DNA of 64,000 bases from Felis catus (GCF_018350175.1 NC_058382.1:60886001-60950000), one strand, 5' to 3'; shown: positions 37,501 through 49,944, numbered from the stretch's first letter. A program made the numbers and translations. Notes: generated by a model not told the origin, from the sequence alone.

Positions 37501-39699
37501 TGGGCCTACGGAGCCCCTGCCTCGCCTGGGTGAGCAGTTTGCAGGGGCTGGGGGCCTGGGGGCTGGAGAAGTGACCCCCTCAGGCAGCTGGCTCCACCCG
37601 GGTCCGTTGCAGTTCAGGGACCTGCAGGGAGACCGGTGAGGGCACAAGGCTGGCCCCTCGGAGGCTGGAGATGGTGGGCGCAGCTGCGTGCGCCCTGCAA
37701 GGGCCTGGGGGATGCCCCGCGGGGCCAGCCCGTGGGGGGGCGTCACGTGTGTGTGGCCCAGAGCAGGGAGTCCGGTTTGTTTTGCTAGACATCGCGAAGC
37801 CCGAGCTCTGTGTGCAGAACGCAGCGTACAGGTTTCAGCTGACGGTGACTGGACGGGCAGACGACCGACCGACTTCCAGCAGGTGACAGAAGGGGCTGCG
37901 GTGGGCTCAGGGTCAGGGGCCGTGAGACACCAGAGCAAACGACCGAAGGGAGCCGTAGACCCCTGCTCACGCCCGGGACCCTTCTGGGAGGCTGGGTGCC
38001 CCGGCTCACTCTCCCTGCTGTGGGGAGCCCCAGAGGCTTCTCTGTTGAGAGGCAGGAAGGCTCCACGAACGTTTCATTGTGGATGCGGTGTGGTGACCAC
38101 TAGGAACATCTGGCGGGGGTCTCCGGGGAGCTGGGAGCCCGTGCAGGAAGCAGGGCTGTGAAATTTGGAGGCAGAGGGGCCGGGAGCGGTGAGTGGAGGT
38201 GCTGGCCTCTACTGCCGAGGGCGGCTCAGGTCTGGCCACCCCACGGTCCCTCCGGCTCTCCCTGCCACCCACCCTGCTTTCATGGACAGACCTGCCCACG
38301 TGTTGGCGGACATCCTGGCCCGATTCTTCTTCAACCTCCACCGCGCTGCTCCCGCTGCCCGCCCTACCCAGCCCAGGCCCGTGGCCACTGGGACGAGGCA
38401 GTTGTGGGCAGGGTCCCGGCATCTCATTGTCGGGGGCAGTTGGTTTCCCACATTCCTTGCTGAGCCCTCGGACCAGGGATCACCTGGGCCAGGCCAGCAC
38501 CTGCCCTGCAGGTAGGGGGGTCGGGGCCATCGCTGGAGAGCCCTGGGGGCTGGGGACGGAATGACCCCCCAACCTAGCCTTCAAAGTCCCAAGCAGACCT
38601 GCACGAGCGCCAGGCTGTGGTCCCAGAAGATGTGGGAACGCTCTTTCTGCAGGATTGGTCCACACCCGCCTGCCTGCTGAGGGGGGCTGCCCACAACCAC
38701 CCACGTTGAGGCTTGGAGACCGTGGGCCACCCTGCCAAGGGGCAGACCCCAGACTCCATCCCAGCTGGCGCACCGCCAGCCCTGGTTCTGGGGCCCCTTC
38801 ACCCCCACGGCCAGCCCCTGCCCTCCGCTCGAGCGTCTGCAGGGGTCTGAGCCCTGCCTGAAGCATTCTGTGTGCACCAACCTGACTCCAGATCCCGCGT
38901 CCCCTGGGTTCCTGCACGGGGTACCCGCCCCCCATGTGCCTGCATCTGAGCCCAGACCCTTGCTGCCCTCCAAGGGCAAGGCTGCGTAGCCCCAGCCAGG
39001 CTCTGCACTCAGCGTCTCCCACTCCTGCAGCCCGAGCTCCTCCTGACTCGGCAGAGCTGGGCCCCACCCCTGCGCAGGGCACAGGCCCTGCAGAGTGTCC
39101 ACACACACCCCGCCCAGCACGTGCCCAGGCCTCCTGTGTGGCGTCTTCTTTCTGGGTCCGCACCGGCTGCTCTGAGCACCCCACAGGACGGCGTCCGGTT
39201 CAGAGCCCCTGCAGCGGCGGGGGGTGCGTCCTGCCTGCCCCTGTGCCCCAGATGTACCTGGAGACGGGACGGGGAGGGTGCACGGTCTCCCTCCCCAGCC
39301 CCCCTGCCCAGGAGGGCTGGCCAGGCACCCGCCCGCTGCCCTGGCCCCTTCTGCTCAGCACGCATGGCTGTCCCCACCAGGCAGCTCGCCACCCCCCCGC
39401 CCCACCCCCCCCGCCCCGTGCCCTTGGCAGCTGGGCTCCTTGGCACCCCCCCCCCAGGCTCCTCTGATGGGCACGTTTGGCTGCGGTCCCACCACAGACA
39501 CCGTGGTGCCAAGACAGCCTGTGGGGCCCTGGACGGGAGGGAGGGACGTAGACACGCTTCTCTTGGGGCCTCGCGGCTCCTCCAGGCGTGTCCCTCCACC
39601 CATCCTCCCCACCCCTGCTGAGCGCCTGGGTTGGCCTTCAAGAGGAAACAGCAGACACCCAAGGACGTTTGGGGACACCTTCCAAAAATGGCGCAGAGT

Positions 39700-41000
39700 G
39701 GGCCTGGCCCTGAGAGCCAGCAGGATCCCAGCGGGAGGGGCCCGAGCACCGCGGCCAGAAGCACGGCCTCGCTGGGGACCCTGGGCTGTCCCCTCAAGCC
39801 CCCACGCCGCCCAGCCCGCCCGCCCAGCCTTATTCCTCGGTGCAGGGAGAGACCCCTGCCACCGGGACAGACAACTCGGCCGCTGCATCTGAAACCGCAG
39901 GCCCTCGGGGCGGCGGGGGAGACAGGGCTGAGGGGGTCACCCGCGCTGCCTCCTGCAAGCTGCCCGGCCACGCGACCCGTGTCCACGCCGAGAGCCGGCC
40001 ACCCACCCGTGAGCCCCGCACGTCGTTACCTGTGCGGCCGCCTCCGTCCGCCTGCTCCCCGCCGAGTCCTCCGTCCCTCCTCTGCCCGGCGGCTGCCAGC
40101 GATTTGCGGTGGGTTTTGTTTGCCAGTCCGGCCCCCGTGCCCACCGGTCCCCGGGAGGCGCCCCGCCCCGCCGCCCGTTCGTGGCAAGCGTCCACGTCCC
40201 CTTCCCTCCTGGCCCCCACGGTGCCAGCGCGGAGGCACCGGCAGGGACGGAGCCCGGCCAGCCTCCCGCAGCCGAGTGTCGCCAGGCGGCCGCTGCGGCT
40301 TTTCTTGTATTTTAAACACACACACACACACACACACTCTCGCACACGCACACACGCCGAGCCCCCCGCCCCTGACAACACGCATCCCTTCTGTCGGGGA
40401 GCAGCCCTAGCCAAGAAAGCCGGGAGCGAGCAGAGCTGCGCCAGCGCGGAAGCCGGGCCCGGGCTCGAGCCCCCCTCCCCGCCGCCTCCCTCCCACGGAA
40501 TTCCTGTCCGTCTGGGGGGGGGGGTCTCCTGACCAGGCGCCCCTCGTGGCCACACGCGGCCCCGGCCCGTCCCCGAGGGGAGCTGCTTGCCGAGCGCCGG
40601 CCGCCAGCTAGACGGCCGAGGGCCGCCTGGCCTCCCCGAGCCCACGGTCCACCACGGGCCGGGCCGCAGGGAAGGCGCCGGGTGGGCACGCCTGGCCTCG
40701 TGGGAGCGGGGCCCTCGGTGCGCGAGACGGGCCGGCCTCCAGCCGAGAGGGGGCCGTGGACGCGGGGCCCCTTCCGTCCCCACGGCCCACGGGGTTGGCG
40801 GCCAGCAAGCGGCCCGGAGGGAGGGGAGCCTCTGGCCCGGCTCTGGTGGCTGCTCGGGGCCGAGGTCACGCAGACGCGCTCCGCTGAGGCCTGAGTGCCC
40901 GTCTGGGCCGACGGCCGCCCGTCCTCGAGAAGCCTCCCTTAAGCCCCGTCTTAAGGCCTGTCTTCAGGCCCCGCCCTGCTTCTCTGTGTCTCCTTTTTCT
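39700..41000. promoter_or_regulatory. CpG island / promoter of the minus-strand transcript
   Basis: Very high GC and CpG density, GC boxes (ccccgccc), no recognisable repeat; surrounds the exon above. Confidence 0.7.
40030..40480 (-). other. Putative first (5'-UTR) exon of a minus-strand gene; LINGO1-like architecture is an unverified guess
   Basis: Lies in a dense CpG island. The minus strand ends ...GGCCGCACAG|GTAACG (donor, last exonic base 40030) and carries a UTR-like (GT)n. The 5' boundary is estimated. No coding exon is in the window, so the gene cannot be named from sequence. Confidence 0.55.
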
Positions 41001-41661
41001 CACCGCTGATTTAAGGACTCGATTGACGACTTCCACACCTTCGCTCTCCGGACGGACAAGGAGGAAGGGCCACTGCAGGACGCCAGGTGGAGGCCCGGTC
41101 ACCTCCGGTGCAGGCTCCGCCCGGAGACCTCTCTCCCTCCGGAACCTCCCTGCCTAAAGCTCTGCTCGTGGTGGGACAAGGCCCCTGCCTGCGACTCCGG
41201 CTCTGGTGGCTGCTCTGGTTTCCTGCCCTCTCCTCACAGCCCCGTCAAGCCCAGCGTGAGCACATCACCCCCTCGGGTCGTCACCCCCCTCAGGTCCTCA
41301 CCCCCTCACATGGCACCTCTCTCAGATCACCGCTTTCTTTACTCCCCCAGGGCAGTGCCCCACCCCGCCCCAGGTTGCTCCTGGTGACTCGAGGGCAGCC
41401 TCTGATCTCCAGGCTCTGGGTCTCCCTCTCCACAGGGCCCGGGCTGCAAGAGGTTCTGGAAGGAACGGCCCCTGAAGCCCTGCCCTCCTGCTGCCTCCTT
41501 GCGCTCACTCGGCTGTCCTCCACACACCTTCTGGCTGCTTCCGGAAGATTCTAGCAGCCTCTGCCGAGGTGCCAGCAGTTCCCGCTCCCCTCCCGCCCGG
41601 CGCCCCCTGCGCATTGGAGGCTTGCTCGCCTGCCTCCTTAGGGGCCTTCCCTGGCCACACC

Positions 41662-41995
41662 TGTGTTTTTAATCGAAAAATCCACATAACGCACCAGTGG
41701 CCCTTGAAGCCACAGGAAAGTGCGCAGTTCAGGCCACCGCCTCTACCTGTTCCAGACACTTCCATCCCCGCAAGCGGAGGCCCGCCCCAGCCCCAGCCCG
41801 CCGGCCCGCTTTCCGTCTGGATTTGCCGGCTCCGGGTGGTTCACGTCGCAGAGTGTTGGATTCGTGGCTTCTCTGTGGCACGGCCTTTGCAAGGCTCGTC
41901 CACGCCGTGGTCTGCATCAGACCTTCCTGCCCTTTTTCGGGGCTCCTTGTTTCCTCCTTGCAGGGCGCGTCAGCGTCCTTCCACGTGGAGCAGGG
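41662..41995 (-). mobile_element. L1MB-like 3' end, GC-shifted
   Basis: ttccagacacttccatcccc ... ggatttgcc ... caaggctcgtccacgccgtgg..tgcatcagaccttcctgccttttt aligns to the L1M 3'UTR antisense. Confidence 0.65.
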
Positions 41996-43459
41996 CCACT
42001 CAGCGCTCCGTCCCCGGCACCCACGCCGGGCGTGGCAGACACCCCACTCCAGTCCCACACCCCACGGACGAGGGCACAGCCCCTCACCCGCCGGGCTCTG
42101 CTCCCTGCCGCGTTTCCCCTCCAGCGTGTGATGTGATGGGGGCGGGGCACACCCCCAAGGCTGTGGGACCTGGCATCTGTGGCCACTGTGGCAGCTGCCG
42201 TGTTGCCCAGCCAGGTGACACCTGCAGTCCGGGTGTGGTTGTGGGATCCAGGCCCGTGGCCGGTCTACGAACGTCCCTTTCTCAGTCCCCATAGGAGGGA
42301 AGATCGGGAGGGTCCAGAACAGCCTCCGAAAATGAAATGAGACGAGCTTGCAGGGACAGGTGTGGACGTAAGACCAGGCCTGTGGCACGGGGCAGGGACT
42401 GGCCCTGCGCGGGGCAAGGCCGGGGAGGGAAGGCCGTCGGGAAGGCGGACCCGTGGCCACAGCCAGAGTGACCCCGAGCCCCGCCTCCTCAGGGTGCCTG
42501 TGTGCACAGCTGCGGAGGCTCACGCCATGGCTCCCCACCCCAAGCTCTCCTGGGGCTCCGGCTGTCACCCTGATGGATGGGCTGAGTCGGGGGACCCTGG
42601 CTGGGCCAGCGCCTCATCCATCACTGGGGGCTCCTGGCGGGCCGGCCACAGCAGCTGCCTGAGTGGCCTGGTGCGTGCCTTCAGTCCCTGTCACCCCAGC
42701 CTCTCCAGCCAGAGCGGGTCGGTGAATGGCTGGGTCACACCTGCCTCCCTTGGCCCCCAGGACCCTGGCCGGGTACCACCTGGCGCTGTCTGGGCTGCGG
42801 GGTTTATGGTGGTTCACCTGCCAGAGGGCCACTCCCAGGGCACCCTGGCTTGCCTGCTGCTCCCTGCACAGCCTCGCCTCTGCGGGTCACCCAGTCTGGG
42901 GCTGTGCTGTGGAGGGAACCAGGAGGTGGGGGTGGGGGTGCTGTCTGGTGACCCCACGTGCAGAGACGTGTCAGCCGCCGGCCTTGGTCCAGACCCAGCT
43001 TCCCCAAGGTGCAGACTTTCACCTTCTGTGACCTTGCGTGCCTCAGTTTCCCCAGTGGATAATGTGCTCACAGGCTGGGTGAGGCCTCAGGGGAGCACTG
43101 GATACAAAGGTGTGAGCAGTTGCCAGTGTGGGTGAAGCACGCTGTTTTTACATTTGAGTGTCGGGTGGGCTTGTGGACCGTGGGAGCACGTGGTCTGAGT
43201 GTGTGTGGACCCACGAGGGGGCATGCCACGGAGGTGGTGTGTGCTTCAGCGGGTGAGTGGGCGGGAGGGGCCCCTGGGTGAGCAGCGATGTGCTGGGTGA
43301 GGTGCTGGTGAGGTACGGCTCCCCCAGAGCCTCGGGATGCCCCCGTCTTTCCCACCCAGGCAGGACAGGAGCGCTTGTGTTCATTGGTGTCCTTGTTTGC
43401 CCTGGAAGACTTGAGGAGGTGTCAACGACAGGAAGCGGTAGAGACCAATGTCATCTGCT

Positions 43460-43790
43460 TTCTGGCCTTCCTGGAACACATGCTGCCAGCTGCTGCCCCG
43501 GGGCCTTTGCACATGCGGTTCTAGCAGCCGGGAAGACTCTTCCTCCAGGGATCCACATGGCTCGCCCCCTCACTCCTCCCGGTCTCTGCTCCAGTGCCAA
43601 GTTTGCAGGGAGGGCTTCCCAGAGTGCACCTCCCACGTGGCCAGGCCCACGCCTCGGACCTGCTTCGCTTTCACTGTAATGCTGCCCTCATGCAGTCTGA
43701 CTACTGGCTGTCTTCACTGATTGTCCCCCACTCAACGGCAGCTCTGTGGGGGCAGGGCCTTTGTCCCGCCCGGCTGGAGAAGGGGTGGCA
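43460..43790 (+). mobile_element. L2 fragment
   Basis: ggggcctttgcacatgcggttc ... atccacatggctcgccccctcactcc. Confidence 0.7.
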
Positions 43791-44379
43791 GGTGTTGCCT
43801 GAAGAGTCAGGGGAGGCTGTGCTCCCAGACAGGGTGGCTGGTCCCCACACACAGGGGGCTCCTCTGCCCTCACTGCCCCAGCCGTGGCACCAGTCGGGGC
43901 GGGGAGGGGGGGGGGCGGAGCTGCCCTCTGCCCTCCGTGGAGGCCTCCACGTGGCTGCCTGGGGGCCCGCAGCACCGACCCCTGAAACGATGACGGGCCC
44001 GTCTGTGGGGCGCTTGCCGCGTTCCAGGCCCCCACCAGGTGGCCTTTACCTGTAGCCAGTCCTCCCGACCTTTGTTCCCCAGGGGGGCCGCCGCCTGGAG
44101 ACAAGGCGCCCACAGCCTGACTCGGACACGCCCCCTGGGTGGGGCGTGTGCGCGCGTGCGAGCTGTTCTGCCGCGGGGTGCCGGGAAGCAGGCACCCCAA
44201 AACGCTGCCTGCCGGCGTGTGCCGGTCTCCGTGGCGTGAAGTCCTCCCTGGGTGGCAGACGTCTCTGAGTGCGGAGTGGGGAAGAGCTGAGCGCCACCGC
44301 GTCCGCGGGCCGAGGGCACCTGCCTGCACGCACCTGTGCCCCCGCGTGCGCGATGGCGCGGGCCGGCTCTTCTCGAACG

Positions 44380-44685
44380 TCGACGTGAGTCTCCGAGCCT
44401 TATTTTGTGCCCGCCAGGACAGTTTCGGGGGCTTACGGTGCAAGGTTTCCACATCACAGCGCTGCTGGGGTTGCGCGCAAGTATTTAGGGGTCGAGAGGC
44501 GTGGCGTCTGCAACTTACTCCCAGCGTTTGGAAACGTGTGTCCGCGTGGGCAGAAAGCGATGAAACGCAGTAAAACGATACCAGTTGAGGAAACCGGGCG
44601 AAAGGGGAAGGGACGTTCCTTATGTCATTCCTCCACGTTTCCTGTAGGTTTGAAATAATTTCAGGACAAAAAGTTGTAAAGTAAC
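44380..44685 (+). mobile_element. L1MC-like 3' end
   Basis: aagtatttagggg..tctgcaacttactc ... ctgtaggtttgaaataatttcaggacaaaaagtt. Confidence 0.7.
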
Positions 44686-45322
44686 GAACAGTCTCCCCCC
44701 ACCCCACCCCACCCGACCCAAAACAAGCCATGGGCGACATCACGTGGACTTTCTCTTTTGTGGCACCGGAGTAATTCATCTGTGACCACGTCTCCTGATG
44801 GGGGGGGGGGGGCAGCCCGTGGGTCTCTGCACCCCGTACTCGGCCCAAGCGCAGGGGAAGCTGGATGTGGTCTCCCGCGTTCTCTCCGGCCCGTCGTCCT
44901 TGCGGCCACCGTGGGGGCAGCCGACCTTCCTCTCTTTCTGGGTTCTCTTGCTTTATCTTTATTTCACATACTTCCTCTGGGTTGTTTTCTTTATAGTTCG
45001 AGTTAAATTCCAGTTACTTAACGTGCAGCGTGACGTGGTTTTGGGGTATAGGGCCCATGTGGCACTCCCATGTGACACCTGGCCACGGGTGTCTTCTCAC
45101 CTTGATCTGGACGCCCTTCCTCCCGGGTTTACCAACGGCCATGACCTTGAGTACAAACATGTAGAGATTTCATTATGTTAGCGTTTAGACGTTTTGTGAT
45201 GGCAGTCTTGGCTTCTGTTTTGTCAGTTAGGTTATGTCTTAAATTCTATCTGGGAATTGGGACAACGCTTTAATTGTGAATCATTTATATTGTGGTCTGT
45301 GAGTCCTGCCTGGGTAACGTCT

Positions 45323-45418
45323 GAGGCGTCCACCCGTCCCGGCTGTCCCGGCACCGAGGGGCTTCCCAGGACACGAGACCTGTAGTGCCGGGCAGACCGG
45401 GACCAGCCGGTCACCCTC
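45323..45418. mobile_element. MER81-like hAT MITE
   Basis: ccgtcccggctgtcccggcaccgaggggcttcccaggac ... ccgggcagaccgggaccagccggtcaccct matches the recalled MER81 consensus, with ggtcaccct terminus. Confidence 0.7.
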
Positions 45419-45909
45419 CCCGAGGAGGCATTCTGCGTCGCCTGAAGAGTGATTTGTTTTAGTACTTACGACAAGGGAACTTGAAAAGAACCTGTTTCCT
45501 GAGTGTGGGGAACAGAGTTTAAATTTAGACCTACTTAATTAATTTAATTAATGACATTTCTCAGTTCCTCTCTATTTTTTTTTTTTTGCTAATTTGATTA
45601 GTCAAAAATTCAGGAAAGTGTGCTAAAGTGTAGCCACTGCTACTGTATCTGTCCATTTTCACATTTTTTCAAGCCACGTTTGCCTGACATATTTCAGCAT
45701 TGTTACTTTTCGCATGAAAATTTATTATTGTAAAATTGATAAGCCTTTAGCAAGACTGACACCACGCAGACGAGAGAAGACTGAAATTGCCAACATCAGA
45801 CCCCGGGGCCCTTACAGATGTCATCAAGGAATATTACAGAAAACTTCTCGCTCGTGCCTTCGACACCTTGGAAGAAATGGACCGGCTCCTTGAAAAGCAC
45901 ACACTACCA

Positions 45910-46130
45910 GGGGCACCTGGGGGGCTCAGTCGTTAAGTGTCCAGCTTCAGCTTAGGTCACGATCTCACAGTTCATCCGTTCGAGCCCCACGTTGGGCTCT
46001 GTGCTGACAGCTCGGAGCCTGGAGCCTGCTTCGGATTCTGTGTGTCCTTCTTGCTCAACGCCCCCTCCACTCCTGCTCTGTCTCTCTGTCTCTGTCTCTG
46101 TCTCTCTCAAAAATAAACATTAAAAAAAAA
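45910..46130 (+). mobile_element. Can-SINE
   Basis: Head, CT tract and A tail; imperfect TSD aaagcacacactacca / aaagcccacaccacca. Confidence 0.9.
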
Positions 46131-46545
46131 GAAAGCCCACACCACCAAAACTCAACCAAGATGAAAAAGACAATCTGAACAGTCCTACAGCCATTCAAGC
46201 AGGTCAAATTCGTAACCAAAAAGTAAACTTCCACTTTCCCTGGAGAATTCTATCAATAATTTAAGGAACAATGAACACTAATTCGTCTCAAACTCTTCTG
46301 GAAAACCAGAGAAGGGGCAGCATTCTCTGACAGATTTTTAAGGCCAGAATTTCCTGGTTCTCAAAACCAAAGACAGCAGAAAACAAGAAAACTACAGACC
46401 AGTATCTCTCTTGAATTTAGATGCAAAAATTCTCAACAAAATTTTAACAAATCAAATCCAACAATGTGTAAGAATCACTAAGCACCATAACCCAGTGAGA
46501 TTGCTTCTACCTACACAAGGTTGGCTCAACATTAGAAAGTCAACT

Positions 46546-46667
46546 GGGGCTCCTGGGGGGCTCAGTCGGTTGAGTGTCTGACTCTTGATCTCAGTTGAGG
46601 TCATGATCCCAGAGTCGTGGTATCGAGCCCCATGTCGGCTCTGTGCTAAGCACGGAGCCTGCTTGGG

Positions 46668-46721
<54 letters not shown>

Positions 46722-46775
46722 CCTCCTCCACACTCTCTCTCTCTCTCAAAAATATAAAATAAACACAAGTAAAAT
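46546..46775 (+). mobile_element. Can-SINE with long (CT)n
   Basis: Head ggggctcctggggggctcagtcggttgag; pure CT run at about 46670-46718. Confidence 0.9.
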
Positions 46776-49612
46776 AAACACAAAAACTTACCAAAACTGA
46801 CACAAGAAACAAAATAGGAACCATTAGAAGTCTTGAATCCGTTAAAGAAACGGAGCCCTTCGTTAAAAGCCTTCCTGGAGAGGTCTGGCCTGGATGGCTT
46901 CCGTGGTGAGTTTGAGCAAACCTCATGGGAGGGACAGCCGCGGCCTTAACACCAACCTGCCCGGTGGGGGAGAGGCCCTTCCCGAGGGGAGCACGGCCCC
47001 GACACAGAAGCCCAGCGAGGACGCCCCCAGAGGGCTACAGACCTGCCTTCCTCATGAATCACTGGTGTATTTATAATACGTGTTGTAAATATTACGTATA
47101 TTAGAAGCAAATGTGAGGAAACCGAACTTTAAAATCCCATACTACTTATAAGCACCCCAAAAGAGGAGACGCTAGGGTGTAAATTCAACGAAGCGTGTAC
47201 CAGATCTATACGGTGTGTCTTCCGAAATGCCAAGGACAGAAACCAAAGCCCCAAATACATGGAGAGACGTGTCATGTTCATAGATTGGAAGACTCAGCCA
47301 ATAAAGATACCATCCGCTCCCACACTGAGCTATGGATTTAGCACAATTTCCATTAAAGCCCCAGCAAGGTGTTTTGCAGACATGGACAAGATTATTCTAA
47401 AATTTATATGGAAAGACAAAGGACCTAGTTAACAACCATCCTGAAAAAGAGGAGAGTAGCTGTAAAACCTTCCCATAGAGCGACAGAGTCAGGATCGCAT
47501 GACGTTGTGGAGGGATAGGTCAGACATCGATGGAGCCTAGCAAAGCGCCCAGAAATGGGACCCACACAAATCTGCCCCCAGTGATTTCTGGCGACGATAA
47601 CAAAGCAGTCCAGTGGGGGAAGGGGCCGTCTCTTCAATAAACGGAGCTGAGCACGGGACGTCCACGGGCAACACTACGCACCGTGACCTAAGCCTCACAC
47701 ACTGTGCAAAAATTCACTCCAACTGTAGTCAGAACGGGCTCATTCACAGAGACAGACATTGGACGTGTGGCTGCGAGGAGTCGGGGGGGGGGGCGCGTGG
47801 CTGTGCAGAACCGAACGGTCCGTGGTTGCTCGTCGTGAAGGTACTTCACGCCTCTGGGGGGCGCGCGTTCAAGTGGTGAACTTGATGTGACGTGACGTGC
47901 ATTTCACCCGAACACAAAAACGTTGACAAAACGGATCACGTTTAAATCCAAAATGTAAAACGGGAACACGTTTAGAAGAAAACAGAAGGTTTCCTAGGAC
48001 CACGGGAATGTTTTCGTTCTTAGAATTGACAGCAAACATGATCCGGTCCATAAATGGAAAAAACCGATACGCTGACCCTCATCAAAATCAACAGCTTTTT
48101 CTCGGTGAACGACCTCGTTAGGAGGCTGGAAAGGCCATCTGCACCCTGGATGGCGTCTTGGCAAACCGTGTATGTATCGAGGGCTGGTACGCGGGATGCG
48201 CAGGGAATCCCTGAAGCCCCGCGCTGTAGAGACAATCCAGTTAGGAGATGGGAGGCGGGAACAGAAGCCTCGCCGGGGAGCGCGGGGCGAATGAGCACAG
48301 GAGAAGATGCCCAGCGTCGTTGGCCTCGGGGAGATGAAGCGTAAAACCTTCAAGGACCCACCAGCGTGCGCACGACGAGATGGTTACAACAGAAAACGGC
48401 GACCACACGGCAGCCTCTCCTCGCGCCTTCCAGTACAAGTTTGGCGCCTCTGGCGTGAAACCCAGCCGCGGTGCTCTGGGGAAGCGAATGCTTGCGTCCA
48501 CACTAGAACATTCGTAGCAACTTTGTTAGAGCCCGAAAGTGGGAGCAGCCCGGACGGCCTTGAACAGGGGGAACCCCGCTCGGGGCACCACAGCCCGGTT
48601 CACCAGCGGGTTGTGCTGGACCAAAAGGAGCCAGTCCGGAAGGTCACATCCGTCGTGAGTCCATTTGTATATCATTCTCGAAATGACAAAATTATAGAAA
48701 CGGGGTGCCGGCCAGGGGTTACGGAGAAGGTGGGAGCGGCAGGGTCCCCGTGAAGGGCAGCGTGAGGGGTCCCCGCAAGGGTCCAGGTGTGGTCTTGGCT
48801 ACACCTGTGACAATGTCGCGAGATGGCACCGCTAGGAGAGACGGGACTCAGAGCCCGGAGTCTCCGTGTTGTTTCTCAAACTGCACGTGCACCTACAGCG
48901 GTCCCAACGTTAGGGCGACGGTCCATCTGCGGGGTCTGGCGGTCCAGCGTCGTCCGACACTGGGTCTGTGGCATCCACCCTCGCTGCCCGTTAATAAGAC
49001 GTAAGGAGCACCTTTCAGAGCTTTGTGTTGTCCCTTTGCTGTGGTTTATACCCTTTATTGAGAGAAATCGGTCCCTTTTATCTCATTTTCAGCTTTGTGT
49101 CGAATTCCCCCTTCAGCCCCGAAACTCGTGTTTCCCGACCTAACTTGAAGTGTATCCTTTCTGATTCACTTTCTTTCACACCTTTTCTTATAGACTTCAG
49201 TTTTGATTTTTTTTTTTAACCAAATCTGAAAGACTTTTTGTCTTTTAAAAAGCAGTCGGGTGTATTTATCGTTATCGTTAGGCACGCAGGGTAAGTGGGT
49301 CACCACTCCCGCATCCCCCGTCCCCATCCCGCGTGGCTGTTGGGTGTGCGTCTGCTTCCTACCACCAGGTGCTGGGGAGATACTCTTCCCGTTCTCAGTC
49401 TTCTTGAGTCGCCTCGTTTTAATAGACGCACGTGCCCTGCTGAGTTGCCAATCGGCTGCATCGGGTATGAGGCCCCTCCCTCCGTCCGCCCACATGGGCT
49501 CCTGTTCTGCCACCCCCCTGATTTCGTTGGCATTTTAGGAGAAGGAGAACTTGCTTGGCTGATGTTTTAGCATATTAACTTTTCCTTTAAAATTGTTTAT
49601 GGCGTTGGTGGG

Positions 49613-49717
49613 GGGGCACCTGGCCGGCTAGGTCAGCGAAGCATGTGATTCTTGATCTCAGGGCTGTGAGGTCGAGCCCCATGGTGGGTTTGGAGATTAT
49701 CTGAAAATAAAATCCTT
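49613..49717 (+). mobile_element. Short, old-type Can-SINE
   Basis: tRNA-like head followed directly by gagattatctgaaaataaaatc, with no CT tract. Confidence 0.8.
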
Positions 49718-49944
49718 GGGGCGCCTGGGTGCTCAGTCGGTTAAGCGGCTAAGCGTCTGACTTCGGCTCAAGTCATGACCTCACAGTTCGTGGGTTCGAG
49801 CCCTGCTTTGGGCTCTGTGCCGACAGCTCAGAGCCTGGAGCCTGCTTCCGATTCTGTGTCTCCCTCTCAGTCTGTCCCTCCTTCATTCATGCTCTCTCTC
49901 TCTCTCTCAAAAATAAATAAACATTAAAAAATATTTTTTAAATG
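49718..49944 (+). mobile_element. Can-SINE (SINEC_Fc-like)
   Basis: TSD ataaaatcctt at 49707-49717 and 49945-49955. Confidence 0.9.

Larger units (their letters stand above)
45730..48930 (+). mobile_element. Degenerate L1 ORF2 and 3'UTR (probably two copies, with nested SINEs and an L1 3' piece)
   Basis: aaaattgataagcctttagcaagactga (KIDKPLARL), gatgcaaaaattctcaacaaaat, gattggaagactcag, attctaaaatttatatggaa; many stops and frameshifts. Confidence 0.85.

Noticed and set aside
38270..38360. Protein-like stretch HVLADILARFFFNLHR
   Set aside because: Short, no convincing splice sites, and not recognisable as any family.
39009..40869. Overlapping 230-325 aa ORFs on both strands
   Set aside because: Stop-codon depletion in a CpG island; several frames are open at once and no domain is evident.
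44032..44045. CTCF-like CCACCAGGTGGC
   Set aside because: Core only, with a poor 3' flank; expected by chance at this GC level and not supportable without a PWM or ChIP data.
43688..44848. Longest ORF (386 aa)
   Set aside because: Runs antisense through GC-shifted L1 and L2 remnants; Arg/Pro/Gly/Ala-rich with no recognisable domain.
45730..48400. Functional reverse transcriptase gene
   Set aside because: L1 ORF2 is fragmented by stops, frameshifts and insertions.
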